Source of the DNA: Acidimicrobiia bacterium | GTDB lineage: Bacteria; Actinomycetota; Acidimicrobiia; Spongiisociales; Spongiisociaceae | Reading direction: 5' to 3' | Length of the DNA: 41,432 nt | NCBI GenBank assembly: GCA_052032125.1 | Contig: JBPEXB010000573.1 | Coordinates: forward strand, 1-41,432 | In this document: piece by piece, positions 39,488 through 41,432 of the stretch | Position numbering within the stretch: position 1 is the first letter of the stretch | Layout: each line of letters starts with the position of its first letter | Notes under the pieces: generated by a model | What the model saw: the letters and a program-made list of their open reading frames with translations, nothing else | The model's database searches: none | Told to the model about the DNA's origin: nothing | Program-made: the position numbers and the translations under genes

Positions 39488-40651
39488 TCAGGTGACGATG
39501 CTGCGCTTGGCGACCTCCTGCAGCATCACCTCGGTGGCGCCGCCGCCGATCGACTGGATACGGGCGTCGCGGCTCATGCGCTCGATCGGGCTCTCCCGCA
39601 TGTACCCCATCCCGCCGTGGAACTGCACGCACGTGTAGAGCACCTCGTTGACCAGCTCTCCCATGTAGGCCTTGAGCCCGGACACCTGTTTGACGGCGTC
39701 ATGTCCCTGCTCCATCAGCCAGGCCGAGTGGTAGGCGAGCTGACGCCCGGCATCGACCTTGGCCTGCAGCATGGCGAGCCGCTGCTGGATCGTCTGCAGG
39801 TCGTAGAGCGGCGCCCCGAACGCCCGCCGCTCCTGGGTGTGCGCCAGCGTCAGGTCGATGGCGGTCTGTGCCTCGCCGACCGCCTGGGCGGCCAGCACCA
39901 GCCGCTCGTTCTGGAAGTTCTGCATGATCGAGTAGAAGCCCCGGTTGACCTCGCCGAGCACGTTGCCGTCGGGCACCCAGGCGTCGTCGAACACCAGCTC
40001 GGCGGTGTCGGAGGAGAGCCACCCGTGCTTGTGGAGCGCCCGGCCGACCGAGAACCCGTCGGTCCCCCGCTCGACGAGGAACATCGTGATGCCGTGCGAT
40101 CCGGCCGCCGGGTCGGTCTTGGCCGCCACGATCATGAGGTCGCCGTGCACGCCGTTGGTGATGAACATCTTCGAGCCGTTGAGGCGGTAGCCGTTGCCGT
40201 CCCGGGTGGCGGTGGTGCGGATGCCGGCGACATCGGACCCGGCGTCGGGTTCGGTCACGGCGATGGCGGTGATGACGTCGCCCGAGACCACCGACGGCAC
40301 GTAGCGCTCCTGCTGCTCGGCCGTCCCGGCGTGGAGGAGATGCGGCGAGGCCATGTCGGTGTGGACCAGGACGGTGGCGCCGAAGCCGCCGAAGGTGCTC
40401 CAGCCCAGCGCCTCGGCGAAGGCGCACGAGGCGAGCGGGCCCAGCCCGAGCCCGCCGTGCTCCTCAGGCTGTCGCAGCCCGAAGAAGCCGATCGCCCCCA
40501 TCTTCTTGAGGACCTCGCGCGGCACGAAGCCCTGTTCCTCCCAGGCCTCGCCCTCCGGCTTGACCTCCTCCTCGATGAACCGTCGGGTCTGGTCCTGGAA
40601 GGCGGCCAGCTCGTCGGTGAGGTAGATGTGTGGGGGTTGCGGTTGCATCAT
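39488..40651 (-). CDS. acyl-CoA dehydrogenase
   Basis: 387 aa with 'AIAVTEPDAGSD', 'GSKMFITNG' and 'QFHGGMGY'. Confidence 0.9.
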   Translation of the reverse strand: MMQPQPPHIYLTDELAAFQDQTRRFIEEEVKPEGEAWEEQGFVPREVLKKMGAIGFFGLRQPEEHGGLGLGPLASCAFAEALGWSTFGGFGATVLVHTDMASPHLLHAGTAEQQERYVPSVVSGDVITAIAVTEPDAGSDVAGIRTTATRDGNGYRLNGSKMFITNGVHGDLMIVAAKTDPAAGSHGITMFLVERGTDGFSVGRALHKHGWLSSDTAELVFDDAWVPDGNVLGEVNRGFYSIMQNFQNERLVLAAQAVGEAQTAIDLTLAHTQERRAFGAPLYDLQTIQQRLAMLQAKVDAGRQLAYHSAWLMEQGHDAVKQVSGLKAYMGELVNEVLYTCVQFHGGMGYMRESPIERMSRDARIQSIGGGATEVMLQEVAKRSIVT

Positions 40652-41223
40652 CGGTCCTTTCCGCCGGCGCCGGCGAGGAAGAGCGTGGAGAAGGTGTCGG
40701 CCACGGCGTCGAGGGACGTGGCCCGTTCGTCGTACCAGTCGACCGCCGTGTTGAGCGCCCCGAGCAGGAACAGTCGGGCCAGCGAGCGGTCGGTGCCATC
40801 CGGCACACCGGCGTCGGCCAGCAGTTCGTCCCAGAGCCGCTCGTAGCGATCACGGGCGACCGTCGTCTGGCGCTGGACGTGCTCGGGCGCCTGGTGGAAC
40901 ACCCGCACGTGACAGGCCGTGTACGCACCGTGCTCGAACAGGGCTCGCAGGTGCGCGTGGATGGCGGCGCGAAGGCGCTCCTGGGGATCGTCGATGCCCT
41001 CCAACGCCTGCTGCACCGACTGCGTGATGCGCTCGATCCCGGTGTCGAGCACCTCGGCGAGGATCTCGTCCTTCGACGCGAAGTGGTAGTAGATGCTGCC
41101 CGCCTTGATGCCCATCGCCTCGGCGATGGTGCGCAAGCTGGTCTCGACGTAGCCGTCGTCGAGGAAGCGGCGGGCCGCCTCGTCGAGCAGCCGCTGTCGC
41201 GTGTCGCCGGCCGTGAGCGTCAT
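40648..41223 (-). CDS. TetR/AcrR-family transcriptional regulator
   Basis: 191 aa. HTH 'TSLRTIAEAMGIKAGSIYYHFASKDEIL'. The stop overlaps the acyl-CoA dehydrogenase start (ATGA). Confidence 0.9.
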   Translation of the reverse strand: MTLTAGDTRQRLLDEAARRFLDDGYVETSLRTIAEAMGIKAGSIYYHFASKDEILAEVLDTGIERITQSVQQALEGIDDPQERLRAAIHAHLRALFEHGAYTACHVRVFHQAPEHVQRQTTVARDRYERLWDELLADAGVPDGTDRSLARLFLLGALNTAVDWYDERATSLDAVADTFSTLFLAGAGGKDR

Positions 41224-41245
41224 GCGGATCAGTGTACCCGATCTA

Positions 41246-41261
41246 CCTAACGTTTGTTAGG
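41246..41261. promoter_or_regulatory. candidate TetR operator CCTAAC-GTTT-GTTAGG
   Basis: 6-bp perfect inverted repeat with a 4-bp spacer, 23 bp upstream of the tetR start codon. Confidence 0.4.
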
Positions 41262-41265
41262 GAGA

Positions 41266-41305
41266 TTCGGGTTCCGGGTTCCGGGTTCCGGATTCCGGGA
41301 CCCGG
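41266..41305. repeat. CCGG heptad array (TTCCGGG x ~5)
   Basis: CCGG at 41274, 41281, 41288, 41295 and 41302, exactly 7 bp apart. Lies 4 nt downstream of the stop of the partial acyl-CoA dehydrogenase gene. GGGTTCCGG / CCGGGACCC can pair. Confidence 0.8.
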
Positions 41306-41308
41306 TCG

Positions 41309-41432
41309 TCACCCCTTCGGCAATCCCAGTGCTCGCTCGCCGAGGATGTTCTTCTGCACCTCTTCGGTGCCTCCCCCGATCGTCAGCGCCCGGCTGAAGA
41401 GGAACGCCGTCTGGAGCTTCCGCTCCCCCGGG
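41309..41432 (-). CDS. acyl-CoA dehydrogenase, C-terminal fragment (gene continues beyond the window)
   Basis: The reverse translation ends '...FSRALTIGGGTEEVQKNILGERALGLPKG*', a typical ACAD C-terminus. Confidence 0.7.
   Translation of the reverse strand, partial: PGERKLQTAFLFSRALTIGGGTEEVQKNILGERALGLPKG

Overview
Very GC-rich chromosomal window with many GTG starts, 4-nt start/stop overlaps and long spurious antisense ORFs. By inference it comes from a high-GC Actinomycetota-type genome. I found no tRNA or rRNA genes, no CRISPR array, no transposase or integrase, and no obvious defence island.

Gene content from left to right:
(1) The nitrogen-control operon amtB-glnK-glnD on the minus strand, preceded by an 11-bp-phased array of nnnAC pentamers that resembles GlnR boxes.
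(2) An orphan beta-class SPPY DNA methyltransferase, followed by a sensor-less GSDEF/EAL c-di-GMP protein.
(3) A class-V aminotransferase, an FAD oxidoreductase and a two-subunit aconitase-X module.
(4) A tightly packed minus-strand operon: xylA, a mutarotase-like gene, xylB, an unknown gene, a Lon-N-domain gene and a HAD hydrolase gene.
(5) A divergent CUT2-type sugar ABC importer.
(6) A large inositol (iol) catabolic cluster with iolC, G, E, D and B, several extra dehydrogenases, a lactonase, an operon-embedded LacI regulator and a class-I aldolase.
(7) Housekeeping and miscellaneous genes: MpaB/DUF2236, a CvpA-CAP fusion, PPOX, arfB, menA, and TetR with acyl-CoA dehydrogenases.

The most unusual item is the ABC importer. 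Its ATPase is a single nucleotide-binding domain fused to a C-terminal UTRA domain, the HutC/GntR effector-binding domain, with no DNA-binding domain. Its permease is about twice the normal length because of an apparent insertion of about 8 transmembrane segments.

Other points worth a second look:
- A 12-bp palindrome, TGGAACGTTCCA, recurs in five intergenic regions and links the xyl, transporter and iol operons.
- Three intergenic arrays of 4-bp palindromes (GTAC or CCGG) are phased exactly every 7 bp, each just downstream of a stop codon.
- A DUF/Lon-N gene pair is embedded in the xylose operon.

All functional calls come from reading motifs in the supplied translations. No database search was run.
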